Part shown: piece by piece, positions 7,881 to 16,426 of the stretch | Position numbering within the stretch: the stretch's first letter is position 1 | Layout: the number at the start of each line of letters is the position of its first letter | Source of the DNA: Phototrophicaceae bacterium | GTDB taxonomy: Bacteria; Chloroflexota; Anaerolineae; Aggregatilineales; Phototrophicaceae | DNA: 64,000 nt | Assembly: GCA_965197455.1 (NCBI GenBank) | Contig: OZ240208.1 | Coordinates: 1,842,153-1,906,152 of the forward strand | Direction of reading: 5' to 3' | Notes under the pieces: model-generated | Seen by the model: only the letters and a program-made list of their open reading frames with translations | What the model was told of the DNA's origin: nothing | Database searches by the model: none | Made by a program: the position numbers and the translations under genes

Positions 7881-10388
7881 TCAGGCTGGCCCGGCCGGCT
7901 CCTGCTCTTCCTCGACGGCCTCAAGAAGCAGGCGGCCATCCTCATCTGCGTCAACCAGCACGATGCTGGCCAGCTGGAAGCGGCCGGAGAGGATGCCGTC
8001 GGAAAGCACGTCCTCGACCTCGTTTTGAATCAGGCGCCGCAGCGGGCGGGCGCCAAACTCGGGATCGTAGCCATGGTCGGCCAGCCAGGTGCGCGCCTCG
8101 CTCGTCGCCTCCAGCGTGATGGCGTGCTCCAGCAAACGCGCGCGCACTTTCTCCAGCTCGAGCTCGACGATGTCGCGGATCTCGTCACGCGTCAGGGAGC
8201 GGAAGACGACCGTGGCGTCGACGCGGTTGAGGAACTCCGGGCGGAAAGCGCGGCGCAACTGCTCCATCACGTTGCGGCGCATGTCGGTGTAGGCTTCCTG
8301 TTCGGTGACGGCCTCGTCGCGGCTCAGGTCAAAGCCCAGACTGGTATTGCGCTTGATGGTGTCGGCGCCGACGTTGCTGGTCATGACGATGATGGCGTTG
8401 CGGAAATTGATGTTGCGGCCACGCGCGTCGCTCAGCTGCCCCTCTTCCATCACCTGCAGCAGCATGTTGAAGGCTTCCGGGTGCGCCTTCTCGATTTCGT
8501 CGAAGACGACGATGCTGTAGGGCCGGCGCCGGATGGCCTCGGTCAACTGGCCGGCGTCCTCGTAGCCCACGTAGCCTGGCGGGGCGCCCACCAGGCGCGC
8601 CACCGAATGCCGCTCCATGAACTCCGACATGTCCAGCTGCACCAGGGCATCCTCGCTGCCGAAGAGAAATTCGGCCAGGGCCTTGGTCAGCTCGGTCTTG
8701 CCGACCCCGGTGGGGCCAAGGAACATGAAAGAGCCGATCGGGCGGCGCGGGTCTTTCAGCCCGGCGCGGGCGCGACGCACGGCCTTGCTGATGGCGTCGA
8801 TGGCCTCGTTCTGGCCGACGATGCGCTGGTGCAGGGCTTCTTCCATCTGCATCAGGCGCTCACTTTCCTCACCGGCGATGCGCATCACCGGGATGCCGGT
8901 CCACATGGACACGACCTCGGCGATGTCCTCGCCCGTCAGGCGCGGCTGGTTGTTCTCCTCATTCCAGTTGGCCTTTAACCCGGCCAGCGCCTCCTGCAGC
9001 GTTTCCTGCTGCTGCTGCAGATGCCCCAGGCGCTCCTCCCGGGCTTCGTCCGGCCCCTGGTGCACCTCGGCATCCAGCAGCGCAATGTCCTCGCGGACGC
9101 GGCGCAGTTCCTTTTCCATGTTGCGCACACGGGCCGCTTCCGGGCTTTTGTACATGCGCAGGCGCGCGGCGGCCTCGTCGATCAGGTCGATGGCCTTGTC
9201 CGGCAGAAAACGATCGGGCACGTAGCGCGCCGAAAGATGGGCGGCCTGCTCGATGGCGTCGTTGGTGATTTCCACATTGTGGTGTTCCTGGTAGGGGCCG
9301 CGGATTCCCTGCAGAATCTCGATCGTCTCCTCGATGCCGGGCTCTTCCACCTGAATCTGCTGGAAGCGACGTTCCAGCGCGGCATCGTTCTCGATGTGCT
9401 TGCGATACTCGTCCAGCGTGGTCGCACCGATGCACTGCAGTTCGCCGCGGGACAGTGCTGGTTTGAGAATATTGGCCGCGTCTACGCTGCTACCGGCCGA
9501 GCCGGCGCCCACCAGCATGTGCACCTCATCAATAAAGAGAATGCTGTCCGAGGATTTCAGTTCCTCGATGACGCGCTTGAGCCGTTCCTCGAACTGGCCA
9601 CGGTACATGGTGCCCGCCACCAGCGAGCCGACGTCCAGCTGCAGCACACGCTTGTTCAGCAGCGGCCGCGGCGTGTCGCCACTGACGATGCGCTGCGCCA
9701 GGCCCTCGACGATGGCCGTCTTGCCCACGCCCGGCTCACCGATCAGCGCAGGGTTATTCTTGCGCCGCCGGCTGAGCACCTGAATGACTCTCTCGATTTC
9801 AATTTCGCGCCCCACGACCGGGTCCAGCTTGCCTTCCTGCGCGGCGGCGGTCAGGTCCGTCGCCAGCTGGTCGACCAGCTGCGTCTTGCCTTCACGCGTG
9901 CGCGTGCGTCGTTCTTCCTGTGGTGCCTGGCGGGGCTGCAGGGGACTTTCCTGCAACACGCGCCGCGTCTGGCGCCGCACTTCCTCCGGGCTGACACCCA
10001 GGCGCTTCAGCACCTCGATGGCCACGCCCTCGGTCTGGCGCACCAGACCCAGCAGGAGATGCTCTGTGCCGATGTAGTGATGTCCCAGGCGGCGCGCTTC
10101 ATCGACGGCCAGCTCGAGCACGCGTTTGGTGCCCGGCGACAGGTCGATCTGGCCGCCAGTGCCGCGCGAACTGGCGCGCGTCAACCGCTCGACCAGTTCC
10201 TCGATGCGACGTTGTTCCAGGCCAAGGTCGCGCAGGACGCGCCCGGCCACGCCGCCTTCCTCACGCATCAGGCCCAGCAGCAGATGTTCGGTGCCGATGG
10301 TGTTGTGCCGGAAGCGCTCCGCCTCTTCCTGCGCCAGGCTGAGCACACGCCGCGCCCGCTGGGTGAAGCGTTCCATTTTGTTCGGCAC
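7881..10388 (-). CDS. clpC: ATP-dependent Clp protease ATP-binding subunit ClpC
   Basis: 835 aa. Two Clp_N repeats ([10 protein letters not shown] appears twice). Two AAA modules with Walker A motifs GEPGVGKT and [12 protein letters not shown]-like linker. GTG start preceded by GGAGGGAGG. Confidence 0.95.
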   Translation of the reverse strand: MPNKMERFTQRARRVLSLAQEEAERFRHNTIGTEHLLLGLMREEGGVAGRVLRDLGLEQRRIEELVERLTRASSRGTGGQIDLSPGTKRVLELAVDEARRLGHHYIGTEHLLLGLVRQTEGVAIEVLKRLGVSPEEVRRQTRRVLQESPLQPRQAPQEERRTRTREGKTQLVDQLATDLTAAAQEGKLDPVVGREIEIERVIQVLSRRRKNNPALIGEPGVGKTAIVEGLAQRIVSGDTPRPLLNKRVLQLDVGSLVAGTMYRGQFEERLKRVIEELKSSDSILFIDEVHMLVGAGSAGSSVDAANILKPALSRGELQCIGATTLDEYRKHIENDAALERRFQQIQVEEPGIEETIEILQGIRGPYQEHHNVEITNDAIEQAAHLSARYVPDRFLPDKAIDLIDEAAARLRMYKSPEAARVRNMEKELRRVREDIALLDAEVHQGPDEAREERLGHLQQQQETLQEALAGLKANWNEENNQPRLTGEDIAEVVSMWTGIPVMRIAGEESERLMQMEEALHQRIVGQNEAIDAISKAVRRARAGLKDPRRPIGSFMFLGPTGVGKTELTKALAEFLFGSEDALVQLDMSEFMERHSVARLVGAPPGYVGYEDAGQLTEAIRRRPYSIVVFDEIEKAHPEAFNMLLQVMEEGQLSDARGRNINFRNAIIVMTSNVGADTIKRNTSLGFDLSRDEAVTEQEAYTDMRRNVMEQLRRAFRPEFLNRVDATVVFRSLTRDEIRDIVELELEKVRARLLEHAITLEATSEARTWLADHGYDPEFGARPLRRLIQNEVEDVLSDGILSGRFQLASIVLVDADEDGRLLLEAVEEEQEPAGPA

Positions 10389-10548
10389 TTCGGCCTCCCT
10401 CCGCCAGTTCCGGTCGGACGTTCACGCCAGCCGCTGCAACGTTGCCGCCCGCAAGCACTTCGGGGCGGCATCATCCAGTATACCACCGCCGACGCGTGGA
10501 CAAGGCCGGATTTATGAGTGGTGCGGGAGGACCGTCAGCTGCTTGCGA

Positions 10549-12468
10549 TCAGGAAAGCCAGTCCTGGTCAAGGTACTCGGCCGAGTTGACAGCCTTGAGA
10601 CTGAGGCCCAGGCGGCGGGCAGCCACGTCCATTTTGACCACGCGCAGGGTCAACGTTTCGCCCTCGCTGACGATTTCGCGCGGATGGGTGACCCGCTGCT
10701 CGGCCAGCTCGGAGATGTGGATCAGGCCCTCGATCTCGGGCGCAGCCACCAGACGCGCGAAGGCGCCAAAGTTCGTCATCTTGGTGATCAGCCCCTGCAC
10801 CAGCTGGCCAACCTTGTAATCGATGGCTACCGTGTCCCATGGATCTGCTGCCTGGCGTCGGATGCTGAGGCCGATGCGCTTGCGCTGCGGGTCCACGCTG
10901 ATGACCTCGACGCGCACTTCTGCGCCAAGCTTCAGCGCGTCACGCGGATGCGTGACGTGCTGCCACGAAATCTCGGTCAGATGCACGAGGCCCTCGGCGC
11001 CGCCGATGTCGACGAAAGCGCCAAAGTCCACCAGGCTGACGACGCGCCCCTGGCGCACCTCACCCACGCGCAGTTCGCTGATGAGGTCCACCTTGCGCGC
11101 CTCACGCTGCTCGCGTGCAGCGGCCCGTTCGGAAAGGATGAGCCGGTTGCGGCTGCGGTCAACTTCAATGACCTTGACGGAAATGGGCTGGTTGACCATC
11201 CCGCTCCAGCGCTCTTCCGGCGTCGCCCCGCTCGCGCTGCGGCGCGCGCCGCCGATCTGGCTCTGCGGCACGAAGCCGCGCACGCGCCCGAAACGCACGA
11301 TCAGGCCGCCCTTGTTGTAGCCGGCAATCATGCTTTCGAAGACTTCCTGGCTCTTCTGGCAGGCTTCCGCCTTGCGCCAGTCCAGCTCTTCCTGGGCGTG
11401 CGTGACCGACAGGCGAATATTGCCTTCGTGATCCTGCGGATTGATGACGTAAACCGGGATGACCGCGCCGGGCTGCAGCTGCTCGATCTGCTCGCGCGGC
11501 ATGCGCTCCAACTCGCGCCCGGGGATGACGCCCACATGGTCGTCGCCCAGGTCCATGCGCACCTCGGTCGGCGCGGTCGTCAGCACCGTGCCATCGACGA
11601 CCTGGCCACGACTGAAGGGCGTGGCGGGCTGCGCCGGCACAGCTTCCGCTGCAGGAGCCACCTTTTCTTCCGTCGGCTTGTCTTCGTCCATTGCGGCCAC
11701 ATCGGTAGCAGCAGCCGTTTCTGCGACTGCTTCGTCTGCCGGGGACTCACCCTCGTCGGCAGGTATCGCTTCTGCCTCGGCTGCAACGTCTTCAGCAACC
11801 GCCGCGTCCGTTGGGGTCTCTTCCCCGTCAGAAGGCATCGCTTCTGCCTCGGCTGCAGGAGCCGCAGCGCTTGCTGCCGGCTCTGTAGTCGTGGCCTCTG
11901 CCGCAACTGCAGCAACAGCGTTCTCGGCAGCCGCTTCATCCGCCGGGGACTCACCCTCGTCGGCAGGTATCGCTTCTGCCTCGACTGCAACGTCTTCAGC
12001 AACCGCCTCGTCCGTTGGGGTCTCTTGCCCATCAGAAGGCATCGCTTCTGCTTCGGCTGCAGGAGCCGCTTCGTCCGCCGCGGACTCTGCCCCGCCAGCG
12101 GCCGTTGCTTCTGCCGCAGGAGCGGGCTCTGCGGCAAGCGCTTCCTCTGCCACGGCTGCAGGAGCCGCTTCGTCCGCTGCGGACTCTGCCCCATCAGAAG
12201 GCATCGCTTCTGCTTCGGCTGCAGGAGCTGCGTCCTCCGCTGCGGATTCTGCCCCTTCAGCGGCCGCTGCTTCTGGCATGGCCGCCTCAGATGCTACTGC
12301 CTCTGCTTCAGCTACAGGAGCCGACGCCTCCGGGGCTGCTTCCTCTACAACAGTTTCAGTCCCGTTTGCGGGAGCAGCAACTGCCTCCGCCGGAACTTCG
12401 TCGGGCTGTGGCTGCGCTTCCGGCTGTGCCATCGGCTCCGCCTCAACCCCTGATTCTCTTGAGTCCAT
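10549..12468 (-). CDS. rpsA: 30S ribosomal protein S1-like (four S1 domains) with an N-terminal acidic Ala/Glu/Pro repeat extension of about 290 aa
   Basis: C-terminal half contains four S1 OB-fold units, e.g. GEVRQGRVVSLVDFGAFVDIGGAEGLVHLTEIS and GQLVQGLITKMTNFGAFARL. The ORF opens at TTG 12483. ATG 12468 (MDSRES) is taken as the likely start. Confidence 0.85.
   Translation of the reverse strand: MDSRESGVEAEPMAQPEAQPQPDEVPAEAVAAPANGTETVVEEAAPEASAPVAEAEAVASEAAMPEAAAAEGAESAAEDAAPAAEAEAMPSDGAESAADEAAPAAVAEEALAAEPAPAAEATAAGGAESAADEAAPAAEAEAMPSDGQETPTDEAVAEDVAVEAEAIPADEGESPADEAAAENAVAAVAAEATTTEPAASAAAPAAEAEAMPSDGEETPTDAAVAEDVAAEAEAIPADEGESPADEAVAETAAATDVAAMDEDKPTEEKVAPAAEAVPAQPATPFSRGQVVDGTVLTTAPTEVRMDLGDDHVGVIPGRELERMPREQIEQLQPGAVIPVYVINPQDHEGNIRLSVTHAQEELDWRKAEACQKSQEVFESMIAGYNKGGLIVRFGRVRGFVPQSQIGGARRSASGATPEERWSGMVNQPISVKVIEVDRSRNRLILSERAAAREQREARKVDLISELRVGEVRQGRVVSLVDFGAFVDIGGAEGLVHLTEISWQHVTHPRDALKLGAEVRVEVISVDPQRKRIGLSIRRQAADPWDTVAIDYKVGQLVQGLITKMTNFGAFARLVAAPEIEGLIHISELAEQRVTHPREIVSEGETLTLRVVKMDVAARRLGLSLKAVNSAEYLDQDWLS
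11735..12260 (-). repeat. In-frame tandem repeats within the S1 N-terminal extension (about 204-nt unit plus shorter nested repeats)
   Basis: The block ggtatcgcttctgcctcg(g/a)ctgcaacgtcttcagcaaccgcc...gttggggtctctt...cagaaggcatcgcttctgc occurs at about 11762 and again at about 11966. Partial copies start at 12031 and 12192. Protein repeats: APAAEAEAMPSDG.ETPTD.AVAEDVA.EAEAIPADEGESPADEA. Confidence 0.8.
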
Positions 12469-12506
12469 ACCAACCCTGTTCAAGTTGCCTGTTGTGCTTC
12501 GCGGCG

Positions 12507-12534
12507 ATTATACCTGTGGGCCTCATAAAAACAA
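12507..12534 (-). promoter_or_regulatory. Candidate sigma70-type promoter for the S1-like gene
   Basis: Minus strand reads TTGTTT, a 16-nt spacer, then TATAAT (plus-strand aaacaa 12529-12534 and attata 12507-12512). It lies about 40 nt upstream of ATG 12468. Confidence 0.45.
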
Positions 12535-12554
12535 GCACACCAGTCGCGCGTCTC

Positions 12555-12583
12555 TTGCCCACGTATGTGCCTCACGCTAGAGT
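12555..12583 (+). promoter_or_regulatory. Candidate promoter for the DUF488-like gene
   Basis: TTGCCC (12555-12560), a 17-nt spacer, then TAGAGT (12578-12583). Confidence 0.4.
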
Positions 12584-12640
12584 AGCATACTGCCGTTGCG
12601 TGGTCGCAGCCTCCCGCGACGTGGGAAAGGTGGGGGAAGC

Positions 12641-13330
12641 GTGAAGACGGCGAGCTACACCAGCTACAAGGGCCAGGGACGGATCAGGATTTCCATCGGC
12701 CGGCCATGGGGGATCAAGTGGGCGGAGTACGAATCCTACCTGTCGCTGGCGCCGGATCGCAGCTGGCTGGGCCTGCCCTATGACGAGTACCGCCCGCTGT
12801 TTGTCGAGCGTCTGCAGGCCTTGAACGCGCAGCAGGTGTGGGACGAGCTGCACGCCCTGGTGCCCGGACAGGAACCGGTGTTGCTGTGCTTCGAGAAGCC
12901 ACCGCTGTCGGCGGACAACTGGTGTCACCGGCAGATGGTGGCGGAGTGGTTTCTGGAAGAACCGGGGCAGGAAGTGGTGGAGCTCGCTGTTGACGCGACC
13001 CCACTGCCGGTTGTTAAGTCAGAGAACGGAAAAGAGTCGTGCAAGCGGCTGATGGACCTCGAAGGCTACGTTTCGCCCAGTTCCCGGCTGCTTGATGAGC
13101 CGGTCACGCTCGAAGAGTTTCAGGAGCAAGTCGAGCGCCACTACGGCGCGCTGGAAGCCTTGTGGCAGGCGCAACGCAAGGACGACGAGGAGGAAATCGT
13201 GGAGGCTGGCAACGAAGTCGGGCTGGCGCGGATGCAGGTGCGCGCCGGCTGGAAGCGCATGAGTGATATTGAACGCGCGCTGGCCTTACATCGCTGGATG
13301 ATCCCTGATAGCGTAGTTCAGGACTTGTAA
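12641..13330 (+). CDS. DUF488-like protein with an acidic helical C-terminal extension
   Basis: GTG 12641 is preceded by GGTGGGGGA. The N-terminal ~125 aa show the DUF488-type pattern: KTASYTSY...ISIGRP...LAPDRSWL...EYRPLFVERL...VLLCFEKPP...CHRQMVAEWF. The C-terminal ~100 aa are unassigned. Confidence 0.55.
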   Translation: MKTASYTSYKGQGRIRISIGRPWGIKWAEYESYLSLAPDRSWLGLPYDEYRPLFVERLQALNAQQVWDELHALVPGQEPVLLCFEKPPLSADNWCHRQMVAEWFLEEPGQEVVELAVDATPLPVVKSENGKESCKRLMDLEGYVSPSSRLLDEPVTLEEFQEQVERHYGALEALWQAQRKDDEEEIVEAGNEVGLARMQVRAGWKRMSDIERALALHRWMIPDSVVQDL

Positions 13331-13345
13331 ACAAAGGAGAGACTC

Positions 13346-13780
13346 ATGGCGGTACGCAAGGCAGACGCAACCTGGAGTGGCAGCCTGGGCGAGGGCAGCG
13401 GGGTCATGAACATGGCCAGCGGCGCCTACTCGGGCACGTATTCGGTCGGCTCGCGTTTCGGCGAGGACACGGGCACCAACCCCGAGGAACTCATCGCCGC
13501 TGCGCACGCCGGCTGCTACTCGATGGCGCTCAGCGCCGGGCTCGGCCGGGCCGGCTTCGAGCCGCTGCGCGTGAGCACCAGCGCCAGCGTGCACATCAAC
13601 AGCGTGCCCGGCGGCTTCGCCATCAACAAAATCGAACTGGAATGCGAGGCCGTCGTGCCTGGTATTGATGATGCGCAGTTCCAGGAACTGGCCAACGCCA
13701 CCAAGACCGGCTGCCCGGTCTCCGGCGCGCTGGCCGCAGTGGAAGAAATCACGCTCGTCGCCCGCCTGGCGGAGGCCTGA
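13346..13780 (+). CDS. osmC: OsmC family peroxiredoxin
   Basis: 144 aa. Motifs TNPEELIAAAHAGCYSMAL and TKTGCPVSGAL contain the two conserved OsmC cysteines. AAGGAGAG RBS at 13333-13340. Confidence 0.85.
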   Translation: MAVRKADATWSGSLGEGSGVMNMASGAYSGTYSVGSRFGEDTGTNPEELIAAAHAGCYSMALSAGLGRAGFEPLRVSTSASVHINSVPGGFAINKIELECEAVVPGIDDAQFQELANATKTGCPVSGALAAVEEITLVARLAEA

Positions 13781-13804
13781 GACCGGACGTCATTCCTTGC
13801 AAGC

Positions 13805-13835
13805 AGGGCGCTTCGACGGTGAAGCGCCCTTTTTG
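13805..13835 (+). terminator. Intrinsic terminator downstream of osmC
   Basis: Perfect 10-bp stem: agggcgcttc (13805-13814) pairs with gaagcgccct (13821-13830). Loop is gacggt, followed by a T run (tttttg). Confidence 0.85.
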
Positions 13836-13863
13836 CAGCGTCTGATGCGCCGGAACGCGGAAG

Positions 13864-15267
13864 ATGACGCACACTCTCGCCCTCGACATCGGCTCCTCGT
13901 CGCTGCGCGCCATGCTCTTCGATGCGCGCGGCGAGGCCGTGCCGGCAGTCTTTGTGCGCAAGGCCTGCAGCGCGGCCACCACGCCTGACGGCGGCGTCAC
14001 GCTTGACCCGGAGCAGCTGACCCGGCTGACCTTCGCCTGCATTGACGAGGCGCTGCAACAGGCCGGTTCGCGCAAAATCACGCGCGTGGCCATGGACACG
14101 CTTGTGGCCAACCTGCTCGGCATCGACGCCGACGGTCAGCCCGTCACGCCGCTCTACACCTGGGCTGATACGCGCGGCGCCGAACTGGCCGAGCACCTCG
14201 ACGCGCGCGACTATGCGCGGCGCACTGGCTGCCGCCTGCACACCAGCTACTGGCCGCTGCGCATCCTGTGGCTGCAGACGGAGCGGCCAGAGCTGTTTCG
14301 ACGCGTGCGTCACTGGCTGTCGCTGGGCGAATACCTGCTCTTGCGCCTCTTCGGCGAGCGTCGCATCAGCCACAGCGTCGCTTCGTGGAGCGGCTTGCTC
14401 GACCGCCACAGCCTGACCTGGGACGAACCCATGCTGCGTCAGTTGCCGCTGGAACCGGCGCAGCTCTCCGCAATCAGTAACGAGCCACTGCAGGGACTCG
14501 CTGCGCCCTGGGCTGCGCGCTGGCCCGCGCTGAAGGACGCACAGTGGTCGCCCACTGTCAGCGATGGTGCAGCCGCCAACATCGGCGCCGGCTGCACCCG
14601 ACCAGATCATGTGGCGCTGAGCCTGGGCACCAGCGGCGCCATGCGCGTCGTAGTGCCGGGTACGCCGGCACAGACGCCGGCCGGCCTTTTCGTCTATCGC
14701 ATCGACGCTGCGCGTTCGCTGGTGGGCGGCGCGCTCAGCAACGCCGGCAACCTCTACGCCTGGCTGCGCCGCGTACTGGCTGATATCGACGAGGACGCGC
14801 TGGCCGCCCTGGCGCCGGACAGCCATGGCCTGACCGTGCTGCCCTTCCTCGCCGGCGAGCGCGCGCCTGGCTGGCGTGACGAGGCGCGCGCAGTCTTCGC
14901 GGGCATGAGCTACGACACGACACAGGAGCATTTGCTGCGCGCCGCGCTGGAGGCTGTCGCCTGTCGCTTCGCACAGATCCTGCAGCGCCTGCGTCCGCTG
15001 CTGCCAGCGGATGCGCGCTTCATCGCCACCGGCGCCGCCCTGCGCAATTCACGTTTGTGGCTGCAGATCATGGCCGACGTGCTGAACGCGCCCGTGCATC
15101 TTTGCGCGCAGCGTGAGGCGACCATCCGCGGCGCTGCCCTGCTGGCCATGCAGCAGGAACCAGAGCCTGCAACTGGCCCCGGTTGCCAGCCGCGACCAGA
15201 GTATCATTGTATCTATCAGGGGGCTATCGAACGCCAGCAGCAATTGTACGCCAGGCTGCTTGGCTGA
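13864..15267 (+). CDS. FGGY-family carbohydrate kinase (gluconokinase/xylulokinase-like)
   Basis: 467 aa. N-terminal LALDIGSSSLRAMLFD, and later LSLGTSGAMRVV and GGALSNAGNLY, are typical of FGGY kinases. Confidence 0.85.
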   Translation: MTHTLALDIGSSSLRAMLFDARGEAVPAVFVRKACSAATTPDGGVTLDPEQLTRLTFACIDEALQQAGSRKITRVAMDTLVANLLGIDADGQPVTPLYTWADTRGAELAEHLDARDYARRTGCRLHTSYWPLRILWLQTERPELFRRVRHWLSLGEYLLLRLFGERRISHSVASWSGLLDRHSLTWDEPMLRQLPLEPAQLSAISNEPLQGLAAPWAARWPALKDAQWSPTVSDGAAANIGAGCTRPDHVALSLGTSGAMRVVVPGTPAQTPAGLFVYRIDAARSLVGGALSNAGNLYAWLRRVLADIDEDALAALAPDSHGLTVLPFLAGERAPGWRDEARAVFAGMSYDTTQEHLLRAALEAVACRFAQILQRLRPLLPADARFIATGAALRNSRLWLQIMADVLNAPVHLCAQREATIRGAALLAMQQEPEPATGPGCQPRPEYHCIYQGAIERQQQLYARLLG

Positions 15268-15317
15268 GCCCAGGCGCGCCGGGGCAAGATTCTGGCCGGA
15301 CAACAGGGAGAAACACC

Positions 15318-16412
15318 ATGAAAGCCGCCATCTGCTACGAAACGGATCAGCCCCTCGTCATCGAGGAAGTGTCGCTCGCGCCACCCGAGCAGGGTGAGGT
15401 GAAAGTGTGCCTCGCCGCCACCGCCATCTGTCATTCCGACGTGCATTACCTGCGCGGCGAGTGGACCATCCCGCGACCCTTCATCGCCGGCCACGAGTCC
15501 GCCGGCGTGGTCGTCGAGACCGGCCCAGGAGTGAACCTGGTGCAGCCGGGCGACCGCGTCGTGGTCTCGCTGCTGCGCTCCTGTGGCCGCTGCGATTTCT
15601 GCCTCTCCGGCACCCCCAACCATTGCTCCGCCGAGTGGCCGCTGGATACGGAGAGCCGCATCCGCAACGCCGCCGGCGAGCCGGTGCGCCATGGCGTGCG
15701 CGTGGGCGGCTTCGCGGAGTACGCCATCGTCGACCAGTCGCAGCTGGCGCGCGTGCCGGATTCGATGAGCCTGCAGGCGGCCTCGCTGCTGGCCTGCGGC
15801 GTGATTACCGGCTTCGGCGCGGTCGTCAACACGGCGCAGGTCACCGCGGGCAGCACCGTGGTCGTCATTGGCACGGGCGGCGTGGGCCTGAACAGCGTAC
15901 AGGGCGCGGCGCTCTCCGGCGCCGGCCAGTTGATCGCAGTCGATCTCCTGCCGAACAAACTGGCCGCCGCGCTTCGGTTCGGCGCCAGCGACCAGGTCAA
16001 CGCCGCCGAGGTCGACCCCGTGGCAGCGGTGAGCGAACTGACCGACGGGCGCATGGCCGACTACGTCTTCGTCACCGTCGGCAGCGAACGCGCCATGTTG
16101 CAGGGCCTGCAGATGACGCGCAAGTCCGGCACGATCGTGCTGGTGGGCATGCCGCCGGAAAACCTGACCGTCAACCTGTCCGCGCGCGACCTCGCCTTTC
16201 GCGGCCTGCACATGATGGGCAGCTTCATGGGCTCCACGCGCCTGCAGGTCGACATCCCGCGTTTAATCGCACACTACGAGCGCGGCAACCTGCAGCTGGA
16301 GGAACTCATCACCAAAACCTGGCCGCTGGAGCAGATCAACGAGGCCATCGAATCGATGGAGCGCGGCGAGGCGCTGCGCAACGTGATCGTCTTTGATACA
16401 AGTCTCGCCTGA
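15318..16412 (+). CDS. Zinc-dependent alcohol dehydrogenase (class III-like)
   Basis: ATG 15318 is preceded by AGGGAG. Motifs: MKAAICYE, CHSDVH, GHESAGVVVE, the structural-zinc cysteine cluster CGRCDFCLSGTPNHC, and the Rossmann motif VIGTGGVGL. Confidence 0.9.
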   Translation: MKAAICYETDQPLVIEEVSLAPPEQGEVKVCLAATAICHSDVHYLRGEWTIPRPFIAGHESAGVVVETGPGVNLVQPGDRVVVSLLRSCGRCDFCLSGTPNHCSAEWPLDTESRIRNAAGEPVRHGVRVGGFAEYAIVDQSQLARVPDSMSLQAASLLACGVITGFGAVVNTAQVTAGSTVVVIGTGGVGLNSVQGAALSGAGQLIAVDLLPNKLAAALRFGASDQVNAAEVDPVAAVSELTDGRMADYVFVTVGSERAMLQGLQMTRKSGTIVLVGMPPENLTVNLSARDLAFRGLHMMGSFMGSTRLQVDIPRLIAHYERGNLQLEELITKTWPLEQINEAIESMERGEALRNVIVFDTSLA

Positions 16413-16426
16413 TTTCGCGGACGCGC

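Noticed and set aside
10477-10503. Possible clpC promoter (TTGTCC, 15-nt spacer, TATACT on the minus strand), and a search for a CtsR operator
   Set aside because: The 15-nt spacer is too short for a confident sigma70 call. No GGTCAAA-type CtsR repeat is present.
11735-12260. Regularly spaced repeats that might suggest a CRISPR array
   Set aside because: The period is about 204 nt with nested sub-repeats. The whole region is in frame within a coding sequence, and there is no short direct repeat and unique spacer organisation.
10126-12453. 775-aa plus-strand ORF rich in Cys/Arg/Phe with striking internal repeats
   Set aside because: It is the antisense reading of the S1-like gene, and its repeats mirror the S1 acidic repeats. 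It has no start context, and the opposite strand encodes clear S1 domains.
15183-15317. N-terminal extensions offered by the ORF track, e.g. ADH from 15183, DUF89 from 49339, Rieske from 29714, frr from 61717, cysS from 63997 and Hsp70-like from 6045
   Set aside because: In each case an internal ATG or GTG coincides with the family's normal N-terminus. It also has a GGAGG-type RBS or a start/stop overlap, and the extension is not protein-like.
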